A stretch of DNA of 62,682 nucleotides, counting the filler, from Candidatus Fermentibacterota bacterium (GTDB lineage Bacteria > JAFGKV01): assembly GCA_016928395.1 (NCBI GenBank). It is 8 parts of 8 records of this genome, joined end to end, with 100 filler letters (N's around TTAATTAATTAA, not from the genome) between each part and the next. Parts side by side here need not be neighbours in the genome. Positions count along the whole stretch, not along the records: positions 1 to 4,404 come from JAFGKV010000043.1; positions 4,505 to 14,708 come from JAFGKV010000275.1; 6 more parts are not named here. One strand, 5' to 3'. The notes below the pieces were generated by a model that was not told the origin of the DNA, searched no databases, and saw only the letters and a list, made by a program, of their open reading frames with translations. This document shows, piece after piece, positions 1-9,233 of the stretch. The position numbers were made by a program, and so were the translations under genes. Numbering within the stretch: the first letter of the stretch is position 1; every line of letters begins with the position of its first letter.

Positions 1-990
1 AGCGGTGAGTGCAACGGCACGGAAGGCATCGGGGTTGTCGGCTGGGCAGGTGCCACGACGGGCGGCGCCAATGGCGTCTTCGGGTACGCTGCCTCACCCG
101 CGGGAGCGGGCGTGGTGGGCCAGGCCGCGGCGACGACGGGGGGGGCACACGGGGTGTACGGAACATCCGCGGCCAGTGAAGGCCGGGGGGTCACCGGCGT
201 TGCTACCGCCGTGTCGTACGCCACGGCGTACGGAGTCCACGGGATCAACAACTCCGCATGGGGCGCAGGCGTCTACGGCTACTCAAACCAGGGGAGTGCC
301 GACGGCGTGCTCGGTGAGAACGGCGCCGCCTCCGGCAACGCATGGGGCGTCTACGGCAGGACTGCGTCCACGCAGGGCTGGGCCGTGTATGGGTTCGCTC
401 ACGCCACGACCGGTAGCACTCGCGGCGTGTGCGGGCGCAGCGACTCGCCGAGCGGCTACGGGGTGTACTACCAAGGCGGTCTGGCCGGCTCGGGCACCAA
501 GAGCTGCGTGGTACGGACCTCCAAGGGGCCGTCTCTCATGTACTGTCAGGAGAGCCCCGAGAACTGGTTCGAGGATTTCGGCGAGGGCACTCTTGTGGAT
601 GGCAGATGCCACATAGAGCTGGACCCTGTGTTCCTGGAGACGGTGACGGTCGATGCGGCGAATCCCATGAAGGTGTTTGTGACGCCCCAGGATCCGGAGT
701 GTGAGGGCCTGGCGGCGTTGCCGCTGATGTCTGGTTTCGACGTCGTAGAACTGCGGCATGGGGTAAGCAGCGGTCGATTCACCTACCGGGTGGTCGCGAA
801 GCGCTCGGGCTTCGAGGCGAAGCGCTTGGACGTGTGCGAAACTGCGCTGACGGACTCATACCTCTACCCTGAACTGAAAGAGAAGGAGCGGGAAGAGGAG
901 GAGGCACGATCGGTACGGCGAGATCACGCGGAAGAGGAATACCAGCACCCCCATACCGCGCTGATGCCCGTGTCGGCGGTAGCGCCGTAA
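1..990 (+). CDS. Secreted Gly-rich repeat fibre-like protein, paralog 1 (5'-truncated at the window edge)
   Basis: Frame is open from base 1 (SGECNGTEGIGVVGW..). It has GVYG-type repeats and a C-terminal GTKSCVVRTSKGP..YCQESPENWFEDFG domain shared with 1741..3939. Confidence 0.85.
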   Translation, partial: SGECNGTEGIGVVGWAGATTGGANGVFGYAASPAGAGVVGQAAATTGGAHGVYGTSAASEGRGVTGVATAVSYATAYGVHGINNSAWGAGVYGYSNQGSADGVLGENGAASGNAWGVYGRTASTQGWAVYGFAHATTGSTRGVCGRSDSPSGYGVYYQGGLAGSGTKSCVVRTSKGPSLMYCQESPENWFEDFGEGTLVDGRCHIELDPVFLETVTVDAANPMKVFVTPQDPECEGLAALPLMSGFDVVELRHGVSSGRFTYRVVAKRSGFEAKRLDVCETALTDSYLYPELKEKEREEEEARSVRRDHAEEEYQHPHTALMPVSAVAP

Positions 991-1008
991 GGCCATGGGT
1001 CAGTGGTG

Positions 1009-1048
1009 GAGAGGCCGCTCAGGGGAGTGTTCTTCGGAGCGGCCTCTC
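1009..1048 (+). terminator. Hairpin after paralog 1
   Basis: GAGAGGCCGCTC...GAGCGGCCTCTC is a 12-bp inverted repeat about 20 nt after the stop codon. There is no clear U-tract. Confidence 0.45.
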
Positions 1049-1245
1049 TCCTAGGCCCCTCCTTCCGCGCCCGCTCGGCCGGATGCGGCCTTCATCGGGC
1101 GCTTGACTCCGGTTCCCGAGGGAGCGCCGTTGGCGATTCGTCGGAGGGTCAGGCCCCCGCCATGCCGGTGCGTTGGGCGCGAGGGACGGGCTCGGCGCCA
1201 GCGGCGTCTTGGCCTTCTAGACGTAGCCTCTTGCGAAACACTACG

Positions 1246-1269
1246 GACGACACAGAGGTCGTCCCTCCA
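1246..1269. repeat. REP-like palindrome
   Basis: GGACGACACAGAGGTCGTCCCTCC is a short imperfect hairpin of the type seen near REP-associated tyrosine transposases. Confidence 0.4.
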
Positions 1270-1685
1270 TTCGGGAAAGGTACCCCGTCCCTTGGTCGCT
1301 CTGGAGGGTCGGGCTTGGCCCAGCACCACTGGATGCTGCGGCTTCGTCCCGACCGCAACGCCACCAGGGTTTCGCACGCGGGTCGACTGAGAGGTGTGCG
1401 CATGGAATCCTCTCCTGAGCCGGTGTCTCCTCACTCCCCTCTTCGTCCTTGCTCTCCCGGCCTCCCGGGCGGAGCCGCCTCAACGTATCGCGCATTCATC
1501 ATGTATGCGCATCACAAGGGTGTTTCGTGTCTTGCGGCGGGCAGCCGAAGCTGCCGGTCAGAACCGATCGTCTGTCGCCACCCCAGCCTGCACCCGCGGG
1601 TGCGGGCCAAGCTGCTGCGCCGTGTGGAAAAGGTAGGGGCCTATGGGCCATAACCGCAACGCGGAGTGCAGACTGGACACGAAGA

Positions 1686-1851
1686 TGTGCATCATCACTG
1701 TAGCCACGGCGCTCCCCGCCGTGCAGAGAGGAAATAGGCGATGAAAGGAATGATTTCGTTCGTACTCGCGGTGCTGCTGTGCGGAATCGCCCTTGCGGAG
1801 ATCCCGCAGGTCATCAGCTACCAGGGAAAGGTAACCGATGCATCGGGGAAT
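1686..1851 (+). repeat. ~165-bp direct repeat (leader, RBS and signal peptide); second copy at 4031-4196
   Basis: TGTGCATCATCACTGTAGCCACGGCGCTCCCCGCCGTGCAGAGAGGAAA.. is near-identical upstream of both paralogs and contains the hairpin CACGGCG/CGCCGTG. Confidence 0.9.
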
Positions 1852-3939
1852 CCGATCGCGAATGACACCTACACCATGGGGTTTCGAATCTACGATGCGT
1901 TAAGCGGAGGCACGCAACTGTGGGACAGCGGTGACTGCTCAATCGCCGTCGCCGGTGGCGTGTTCAGCGTGCTGCTGGGGGAGAGCCCGCAGCCCTTGTT
2001 GGGCTTGGACTTCAGCCAGGAGTATTGGCTCGAGGTGGTCGTGGGCGGCGACACGCAGAGCCCGCGGGTGAAAATGGGCTCGGTGGGCTATGCCTACATG
2101 GCGAGCGGTCTGGTGGCGGGGACCGAGGTGAGCGGGTCAGTGACGAGCGGGACGTATGCGGCCATCAAGGGAACCAATGCCGCAACCACGGGCATCGTCT
2201 ACGGACTATGTGGCTTGAGTTCGTCGACCGCCGGCAGGGGTGTGGCGGGCTTCTCCACCGCGTCTGCCGGCTTGTGCAGCGGAGTGTACGGCCAATGCAC
2301 CTCCACCGGAGGGCGAGGCGTGGAGGGTTATGCTCAGTCCAGCACCGGCCCCAACTTCGGCGTATATGGTAGCAGCCCCTCAAGTGGTGGCACGGGGGTG
2401 TATGGGCTTGCCTACTCTTCCGTGGGGGCCACGCGCGGTGTGACCGGCATCGTCCCCTCGTCCTCCGGTAGGGGCGTATGCGGAGAGGCCACGGCGACGG
2501 GGGGTGATACCTACGGCGTCTACGGGACAAGCGCGTCTTCCGGTGGCACAGGCATCTGCGGCGAGGCACTCGCGACTTCGGGTGGGGCCCGCGGCGTAGT
2601 CGGGCTCAGCAGCGCCACGGGGGGTACAGGTGTGCGGGGCGAAGCATTAGCTACCAACGGCTACACCAAGGGGGTGTATGGGAGTAGCCGCTCTACGGCT
2701 GGAGTTGGTGTGCACGGGCAGACATGGGCAACCACAGGCACTACTCGCGCGGTCGTCGGTACCAACGCCTCTGTGGAAGGCACAGCGATCAGCGGTTACT
2801 CCGGAGTGCACAGCGGCACCAACTACGGTGTGGTTGGCGAATGTCTCAGCCCGGACGGTAACGGGATCTACGGCATCAACTCCGCCACGATGGGGTACGC
2901 AGGGGCGATCCATGGGCTCGCGATGTCGTCAGCCGGGAGAGGTGTGAGCGGTGAGTGCAACGGCACGGCAGGCATCGGTGTTGTCGGCTGGGCGGGAGCC
3001 ACCACGGGTTCGACGAATGGCGTCTTCGGGTACTCCGCCTCATCCGCGGGAGCGGGCGTTGTGGGCCAGGCCGCCGCGACAACGGGGCAACCGCACGGGG
3101 TGTACGGAGCGGCCTCCTCCACCGGAGGCCGGGGTGTCACCGGCGTGGCCACCGCCACATCAGGCACAACCCAGGGCGGCTACTTCGAGAGCTACAGCAC
3201 CTCGGGTACCGGCGTGTACGGCTACGCCACCGCAGCGTCAGGCACCACCTCGGGTGTCTATGGGCAGACGTCATCGACAACGGGCCGCGGAACCGTCGGA
3301 TGGGCGACGGCCGGGACAGGGACGGGTCGAGGCGTGTATGGCCGCAGCGACTCGCCGAGCGGCTACGGCGTGTACTACCAGGGCGGTCTGGCGGGATCAG
3401 GCACCAAGAGCTGCGTGGTCAGAACCTCCAAGGGACCGACCCTCATGTACTGTCAGGAGAGCCCGGAGAACTGGTTCGAGGACTTCGGCGAGGCCACTCT
3501 CGTGGATGGCAGATGCCACATCGAGCTGGATCCCTTGTTCCTGGAGACGGTGACCGTGGATGAATTGAACCCGATGCACGTGTTCATCCAGCCCTACGAC
3601 CAGGGAGCGGTTGGTGTCGTGGTACACCGGAGCTCGACAAGCTTCGATGTGGTGAATCTCAGCGATGGATCCGCTAATGGGGCCTTCTCCTACCGCGTGG
3701 TCGCCAAGCGCCAGGGGTTCGAGGCGAAACGCCTGGACGTGTGCGAGGCGGCGCGGGATGACTCCTTCCTCTATCCGGAGCTGCGCGAGAAGGAACAGGC
3801 CGAGCTTGCAGCAGAAGAGGCGCGGCACGGTGAGGAGCGCACCCGCCGGGACGAGGAACGCGTCAGGATGGAGGAGGAGCGGGCAGTCAGCAGTCAGGAA
3901 AGGGCGTTTGTCCAACCACCGCAGATAAGTGCAAACTGA
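1741..3939 (+). CDS. Secreted Gly-rich repeat fibre-like (beta-helix/roll) protein with conserved C-terminal chaperone-like domain, paralog 2
   Basis: Signal peptide MKGMISFVLAVLLCGIALA; N-domain IPQVISYQGKVTDASGNP..FSVLLG..YWLEV; many ~13/26-aa GVxG repeats; C-terminal ESPENWFEDFG domain and a charged coiled tail. Confidence 0.85.
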   Translation: MKGMISFVLAVLLCGIALAEIPQVISYQGKVTDASGNPIANDTYTMGFRIYDALSGGTQLWDSGDCSIAVAGGVFSVLLGESPQPLLGLDFSQEYWLEVVVGGDTQSPRVKMGSVGYAYMASGLVAGTEVSGSVTSGTYAAIKGTNAATTGIVYGLCGLSSSTAGRGVAGFSTASAGLCSGVYGQCTSTGGRGVEGYAQSSTGPNFGVYGSSPSSGGTGVYGLAYSSVGATRGVTGIVPSSSGRGVCGEATATGGDTYGVYGTSASSGGTGICGEALATSGGARGVVGLSSATGGTGVRGEALATNGYTKGVYGSSRSTAGVGVHGQTWATTGTTRAVVGTNASVEGTAISGYSGVHSGTNYGVVGECLSPDGNGIYGINSATMGYAGAIHGLAMSSAGRGVSGECNGTAGIGVVGWAGATTGSTNGVFGYSASSAGAGVVGQAAATTGQPHGVYGAASSTGGRGVTGVATATSGTTQGGYFESYSTSGTGVYGYATAASGTTSGVYGQTSSTTGRGTVGWATAGTGTGRGVYGRSDSPSGYGVYYQGGLAGSGTKSCVVRTSKGPTLMYCQESPENWFEDFGEATLVDGRCHIELDPLFLETVTVDELNPMHVFIQPYDQGAVGVVVHRSSTSFDVVNLSDGSANGAFSYRVVAKRQGFEAKRLDVCEAARDDSFLYPELREKEQAELAAEEARHGEERTRRDEERVRMEEERAVSSQERAFVQPPQISAN

Positions 3940-4085
3940 GAGCCGCGGGCGTAGCGTGACGATCAACCGTGAACGCCCACCAGGGAGGAGCGGTAGAGCC
4001 ACATGAGGAGTTGTAGAATGGTCACGAGGGTGTGCATCATCACTGTAGCCACGGCGCTCCCCGCCGTGCAGAGAGGAAAGAAGCG

Positions 4086-4404
4086 ATGAAAGGAATGATT
4101 TCGTTCGTACTCGCGGTGCTGCTGTGCGGGATCTCCCTCGCGGAGATCCCGCAGGTCATCAGCTACCAGGGAAAGGTGACCGATGCATCGGGCAACCCTG
4201 TGGCTGATGGTCCCTACACAATGCAGTTCCGGATCTACGATGCGGCCACGGGAGGAACCCTTCTGTGGAACAGCAACAACCAGACGGTGGCGGTGTCGGG
4301 TGGCATCTTCAGCGTGCTGCTTGGCGAGAGCCCCCAACCTGCTCTTTCCTTGGACTTCAGCACTGACTACTGGCTCCTGGTGATCTTCAATGGCGTCAAT
4401 CAGA
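4086..4404 (+). CDS. Fibre-like protein paralog 3 (N-terminus only, cut by contig end)
   Basis: Signal peptide and N-domain are nearly identical to those at 1741, with the same upstream leader. Confidence 0.85.
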
Positions 4405-4504
4405 NNNNNNNNNNNNNNNNNNNNNNNNNNNNNNNNNNNNNNNNNNNNTTAATTAATTAANNNNNNNNNNNNNNNNNNNNNNNNNNNNNNNNNNNNNNNN
4501 NNNN
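4405..4504. other. Artificial contig spacer (N run plus TTAATTAATTAA); also at 14709-14808, 37338-37437, 40046-40145, 49601-49700, 53918-54017, 58215-58314
   Basis: The same 100-nt N/linker block, with stops in all six frames, occurs seven times. Confidence 0.98.
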
Positions 4505-4617
4505 GCCATTGAGGCCCTTCGCAGCGCCCGAGTCGTACGGCAGGAAGGGCTGGCGGTCTCAGTCGACTGGTCGCGTCCCGAACCAGCCCTGGTGGTGGCA
4601 TGGCGAAGGATGCTGCC

Positions 4618-5193
4618 ATGAGATGGGTCGCGTTGGCGTGCATCCTCCTGGCCGGGTTTTCCTCTGCCCGCGCGGGCGATTCGAGGGCGGTGGCTGCCGT
4701 GCTGTCGGCAGTGGTGCCGGGCGTCGGCCAAGCTTATCTGGGCTGGCGAGGTTCGGCAGAGGCTTTCGTCATCGCGGAGGGGATGGTCTGGGGAGGCAGG
4801 CTCTACTTCGTCCGGCGGGCCTCGGGATCGAGAGACGCATACATCGCCTACGCCGCCACTCACGCGGGAAGCGATGCCTCCATTCGTGAGGAGACCTACT
4901 ACGATGACATCGACCGCTACTGGAACTCAGAGAGGGCGAACCAGCACTACCAAGACCCAGAACGGTACACCGGCTCCAAGGTGTGGCACTGGCACACGGT
5001 CACCGAACGGAGAGAGTTCAGCGCTTTGGTTCGGGATCGGCGGCAATGGGATTCCTCAGCCAAGAACGTGCTGGCCTTGGCCGTTTTCACCCGTGCAGCA
5101 TCTGTCATCCATTGCTTGAAGGCAGGTGCCGGCCAGAAGCCGGTTGAACTCATCTCCACTCCCACCGAGGTTGGTCTCTCGGTTCGCTGGTAG
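4618..5193 (+). CDS. Hypothetical exported/membrane protein
   Basis: Signal-like N-terminus followed by an SAVVPGVGQAYLG motif typical of DUF5683-like membrane proteins. Confidence 0.6.
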   Translation: MRWVALACILLAGFSSARAGDSRAVAAVLSAVVPGVGQAYLGWRGSAEAFVIAEGMVWGGRLYFVRRASGSRDAYIAYAATHAGSDASIREETYYDDIDRYWNSERANQHYQDPERYTGSKVWHWHTVTERREFSALVRDRRQWDSSAKNVLALAVFTRAASVIHCLKAGAGQKPVELISTPTEVGLSVRW

Positions 5194-5252
5194 CCACCTC
5201 CGGTGAGGCTGTCGGCTGTCCTGCCTTGTTTGAGAGTACCTGGCTTTGCTCT

Positions 5253-5335
5253 TGTCATTGCCCGACTCGTTCGGGCAATCCAGTCCAGGAATATGGACTT
5301 CATACCTGGATCACCCGGACAAGCCGTGTGATGAC
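5253..5335. repeat. Palindromic REP-like element
   Basis: TGTCATTGCCCGACTCGTTCGGGCAATCCAG...CTGGATCACCCGGACAAGCCGTGTGATGACA forms two inverted hairpin arms between convergent genes. Confidence 0.6.
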
Positions 5336-5525
5336 ATTCTGTCTCTGAGAGCAGATGATTCACACCGTACTCACAACCCCGAGAAATCTGAGTGCGCCCC
5401 GCGTCCTCAGAGGCCGCACTGAACCCTGAACCCTATCAATTGCTCGCCGGGCGAGCCATCCATCCGTCCAATCATCCATCCGTCCATCGTTCCACTATTC
5501 CACGTCTGCCCGGGCGGAGCTCCCG

Positions 5526-7607
5526 CTATGGTTCGCGAATGAGCAATGCCCCCGTGGTGCTTGGCAGGGTGAGCTGCCCCTGCAGGGAGCTGTTCGGCAT
5601 GGTTCCCACCTGGTCACCTATGACCAGAGGCACCCAGCGTCCGCGGGGCAGACGGGCTTTGACGTGGCGGGGCGATCCGTTGAGGAACACCAGAAGGTCA
5701 CCGGGATCCCCCAGATCGCTCGAGGCGATCAGTAGGCCGACGCAGAGGCTGTCGCCGGTGTCAAGCGGCGTAACGGACTCGCAAGAAGCCTCACCCAAGC
5801 CGCGGTAGGCTTTCCGCAACGCGATCATCGCCCCGTAGTATTCGATCAACCCGTTGTTGATCGCGGCGTGATCATAGTTCAGCCAGTTTGTCGCATTGTC
5901 CTTGTTATAGCTGTTGTGGTCGACATACCCGACCAGGGTATCCGGCGCGGCAGTGGGTGCGATTACCTTGGTTCGGGCAAACTCCTGGCCCTGAGCCAGC
6001 ATGATCGACCCCTGGCTGCAGCACAATGCCAGAGAGGCCAGTCTGTGCACCCGCAGTTCATCCTGGGTGAGCCGCACATGCTGGAGCATGTCGGCCACCG
6101 GTGCATGGGCATCCGCTTTTCCCAGGGCGATCCTGACGAAGTCACCCAAAGTGTGGTCATCGTGACTCTCTAAATAGTTCACCGCATGGAGAGGTGACAG
6201 CAGGGGCCCTCCCCCCTCTATGACGCTGCCCATGAGATGGTTGAGCACCGTGGCGTGATCTTCTCCCGGAAGGAAGGCGCCCAAAATGAGGCCGTGCTCC
6301 GATCCGGGTGTACGCCCCTTGATGCCGTTTCTGATTCGGTCGTTCCAGACCGACCATCCCAGGCGCGAAAACCTGCCCAAGTCGTACTCGCCACCGCCCC
6401 ACGGTTCGGCAACCAGAATGACGGCGGGGTTCAGCCCCCGGGCGCGCCGGGTTATCTCTTCCAGCGTCTCGTCGTCGATCATTGTGGCCAGGTCGAAGCG
6501 GAACCCGTCCACATGGTACTCCCGCATCCAGTGCAGGATGCTGTCCACGATAAGCCGCCTGGCCATGGGACGTTCAGTCTTGAAGTCATTGCCGCAGCCC
6601 GAGAGAGAGAGGAAGGTGCCGTCTTTGGCGAGGCGGAAATAGTACTCCTTGTCGATGAGCTTGAAGGAGTTCAGGTCATACTGGGAGACGTGATTGTAGA
6701 CGACGTCCACGATCACGGCGATTCCGTGGCGGTGGAGCGTCTTGACCATCTGTTTGAACTCCGTCACTTGGCGGCCGTCGGCCCCACAGGCGCCTTTTGG
6801 CTCGAGGCTCTGCCCCGTGGCGTAGTAGGCCTCGGGTGCGAAGAAATAGGAGGTCATATAGCCCCAGTGGTTTCGCTCATAGGGGTTCCAGGTATTGAAC
6901 ACGGGCGCCGAGGAGTCCCGATAGGAGACCTCCAGGTTGCCGAACTCGTGCAGCGGAAGGAACTCCACCGCATTGACCCCGAGTCTGAGGAGGTGGGGGA
7001 GGCCGCCGGGACCGTCTTTGTGGCAGAGCCCAAGGTAGGTTCCCCGGAGGGAATCAGGCACGCCGGAGCTGGGGTCGACCGTGAGATCCCTGACGTGGGC
7101 CTCGTAGATGATGAGATCCTCCGGTCGAAGCGGTATCCCGGTGTCTCCCTCCCAGTCAAACTCCCCGGGGGGATACAGCAGAGTTCGCCCTCCATGAGTA
7201 TAGTGGTTTTCCGTCACCACCGCGGGCGAGTACGGATCAGCCACCACCACCGAGGAATCGTACATCTCGCCGGGTTCGTCGGGCCCTGCGACGGTGTAGC
7301 CATAATAGCGCGCCTCGGGCGGCACGCGAACCTCCCCAGCCCAGCAGCCCTGAGCCAGCGGCGTCAGTGCATGGGAGGCGATTGCCGGCTGGAAGGGCTC
7401 ACCGAAGAGGTGGACATGCACGCGTAGGGCTCGCGGAGCAAAGATGTGAAACGTGGCCGATGAGTCGTCAATAGCAGCGCCCAGCGGGCCGTCCCAGAAG
7501 AGCGAATCGAGATCGACAGTCTCCGGGAAGGCCACGATGGCCCATCCGGGTGTGACGACAGCGATGGCCAGGACAAGGGTTACACAGGCCTTGCAGATGG
7601 TACACAT
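5526..7607 (-). CDS. Secreted GH13 pullulanase/glycogen-debranching-type enzyme
   Basis: Motifs IYEAHVRD, NHWGY, DVVYNH, DGFRFDL, AEPW and YLESHDD; N-terminal signal peptide. Confidence 0.9.
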   Translation of the reverse strand: MCTICKACVTLVLAIAVVTPGWAIVAFPETVDLDSLFWDGPLGAAIDDSSATFHIFAPRALRVHVHLFGEPFQPAIASHALTPLAQGCWAGEVRVPPEARYYGYTVAGPDEPGEMYDSSVVVADPYSPAVVTENHYTHGGRTLLYPPGEFDWEGDTGIPLRPEDLIIYEAHVRDLTVDPSSGVPDSLRGTYLGLCHKDGPGGLPHLLRLGVNAVEFLPLHEFGNLEVSYRDSSAPVFNTWNPYERNHWGYMTSYFFAPEAYYATGQSLEPKGACGADGRQVTEFKQMVKTLHRHGIAVIVDVVYNHVSQYDLNSFKLIDKEYYFRLAKDGTFLSLSGCGNDFKTERPMARRLIVDSILHWMREYHVDGFRFDLATMIDDETLEEITRRARGLNPAVILVAEPWGGGEYDLGRFSRLGWSVWNDRIRNGIKGRTPGSEHGLILGAFLPGEDHATVLNHLMGSVIEGGGPLLSPLHAVNYLESHDDHTLGDFVRIALGKADAHAPVADMLQHVRLTQDELRVHRLASLALCCSQGSIMLAQGQEFARTKVIAPTAAPDTLVGYVDHNSYNKDNATNWLNYDHAAINNGLIEYYGAMIALRKAYRGLGEASCESVTPLDTGDSLCVGLLIASSDLGDPGDLLVFLNGSPRHVKARLPRGRWVPLVIGDQVGTMPNSSLQGQLTLPSTTGALLIREP

Positions 7608-7754
7608 GGAGGCCTCCTCATACGGGAAGGTTTACGAATGCCCCTTCGGGGCGGACATTCTTCAGCTTCGCGGTATGATACGTGCCACAGGACGGACGTG
7701 GCAAGCCTGAGGACGGCCAATCGGCTATCCTTCACAGAGGATGGTGATAGTTCT

Positions 7755-8861
7755 ATGGGAATCGGCGGGCTTACTGCTGTAGCGACCGTCGTGATCGTGG
7801 GATCCTTGGGCGCACTTCTCTGGATCGCCCCTGCAGCCTATGGCTACCTGCTCATGGAGGACTCGCCCGTTGAGTGGCTTGACTTCTACTGCCTCGTGGC
7901 TGCCGCCGCCGCGTTCATTGCGGGTGCGCGGCGGCGATGGCGAAGGCCGCGGGTGGGGGTGGCCGTGGGCGTAGGGCTTGCCCTCTTCTGCCTTTTTGTG
8001 GCGGGCGAAGAGATCAGTTGGGGTCAGCGCATCTTCAGGTTCAGACCCCTGGACTTTTTTCAGTACCGAAACATCCAGGGAGAAGTCACCGTGCATAACC
8101 TAGACGTGGGCTGGATACAGCCCCGGATGGTGGCCATCGCCTTCATGATCGGCTATGGAGTACTATTGCCCTTGGCAGGGCGGCGCACGGCAGGCCGCGT
8201 GGGCATCCCGGTACCTCCGATTGGTGCACTACCCGCATTCTGCATCGCCGCATGGCTCTTCACCAATCCCATCACTCAGACTGACGATGAAGTCGGTGAA
8301 CTGGTGTTCGCTGCGGCGATGCTTGGCTCGGGGCTGCAGGCCTGGAACACCCGGGCAGGAGGCAGGGTCATGGCGCAGCTTCTGCCCATGCTCCTGCTTC
8401 TGGCTGTTCTGACGTCGTGGGCCAGCTACCAGTCTTTCGAGGAGCGCGATCACGCGCGTTTCGTCGGGCCGATGCAGGCAGGTCAGGCCTACGAGGGCAT
8501 TGGCAAGCTGAGACAGGCCGCCGTTGAGTACGAGAAGCTGGCGCGCTACTGGGGTTCAGACTGGGAGCTATGGGTCAAGGTGGTGACCTTGTACCGCGAT
8601 GCCCGATGCCATCAGAAGGCATACGACCTGGCGGCTGAACTCATCCTGATCCATCGCCGCGAGCCTCGGATCTGGGCGGCGCTCATCGATATGGCCGACT
8701 CCCTTGGAATCCGAGACGATGCAATGGCGCGGATCCGCGAGCAGTACGAAGCGCTGATGCGTGAGGAAACCAGAACCCATCACGACGAGAAGGATCGCGC
8801 ATTTCTGGAGAGGTTGGTGGGGGATCTCGGCCGTTCACGCGACGGGGAAGACAGGCATTGA
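7755..8861 (+). CDS. Multi-TM membrane protein with C-terminal TPR-like helices
   Basis: Hydrophobic segments, a GEEISWGQR..N.Q.E..VHN motif and a helical C-terminus. Confidence 0.7.
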   Translation: MGIGGLTAVATVVIVGSLGALLWIAPAAYGYLLMEDSPVEWLDFYCLVAAAAAFIAGARRRWRRPRVGVAVGVGLALFCLFVAGEEISWGQRIFRFRPLDFFQYRNIQGEVTVHNLDVGWIQPRMVAIAFMIGYGVLLPLAGRRTAGRVGIPVPPIGALPAFCIAAWLFTNPITQTDDEVGELVFAAAMLGSGLQAWNTRAGGRVMAQLLPMLLLLAVLTSWASYQSFEERDHARFVGPMQAGQAYEGIGKLRQAAVEYEKLARYWGSDWELWVKVVTLYRDARCHQKAYDLAAELILIHRREPRIWAALIDMADSLGIRDDAMARIREQYEALMREETRTHHDEKDRAFLERLVGDLGRSRDGEDRH

Positions 8862-8954
8862 TGCAGCCACACCCGGCCCGTACATTGCTGTCATCATGAT
8901 TGTGAAACGTTGCCGCGTCGTAGTGCCCACCGGGGCTCACCCGTAGGGGCGGCC

Positions 8955-9194
8955 ATGCACGTGTACCTGAGCTGCGGCCCTCGGCTGGCCCTCTACCTCG
9001 ATCCCGATGTGGATGCGACGACCCGGAAGGTCGTGGTGGACGGCAGGCCGTCCCTGCATGAGATACTGGCATGCCTGGGTGTTCCGGAGGCGCTGTTTGC
9101 CTATGGCGTCATAGGCGACCGATACGTGAAGCTGGACTACCGGCCTGAGCCGGAGGAGCGTATTCGGCTCGAGGTCCCCGTGGGCGGTGGCTGA
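8955..9194 (+). CDS. MoaD/ThiS-like ubiquitin-fold protein
   Basis: 79 aa, ending in PVGGG (C-terminal di-glycine). Confidence 0.7.
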   Translation: MHVYLSCGPRLALYLDPDVDATTRKVVVDGRPSLHEILACLGVPEALFAYGVIGDRYVKLDYRPEPEERIRLEVPVGGG

Positions 9195-9233
9195 GCACCG
9201 CATTTCCCAGAATACCGTCAAGGAGGTTGCGAA

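Noticed and set aside
1003-1703. Overlapping ORFs between fibre paralogs 1 and 2
   Set aside because: GC-rich shadow ORFs with no motifs; the region contains hairpins and REP-like sequence.
1-4404. Diversity-generating retroelement suggested by near-identical 3' blocks and by the four-helix-bundle gene at 56929
   Set aside because: No reverse transcriptase is present. The differences are not adenine-specific, and both copies lie in coding paralogs.
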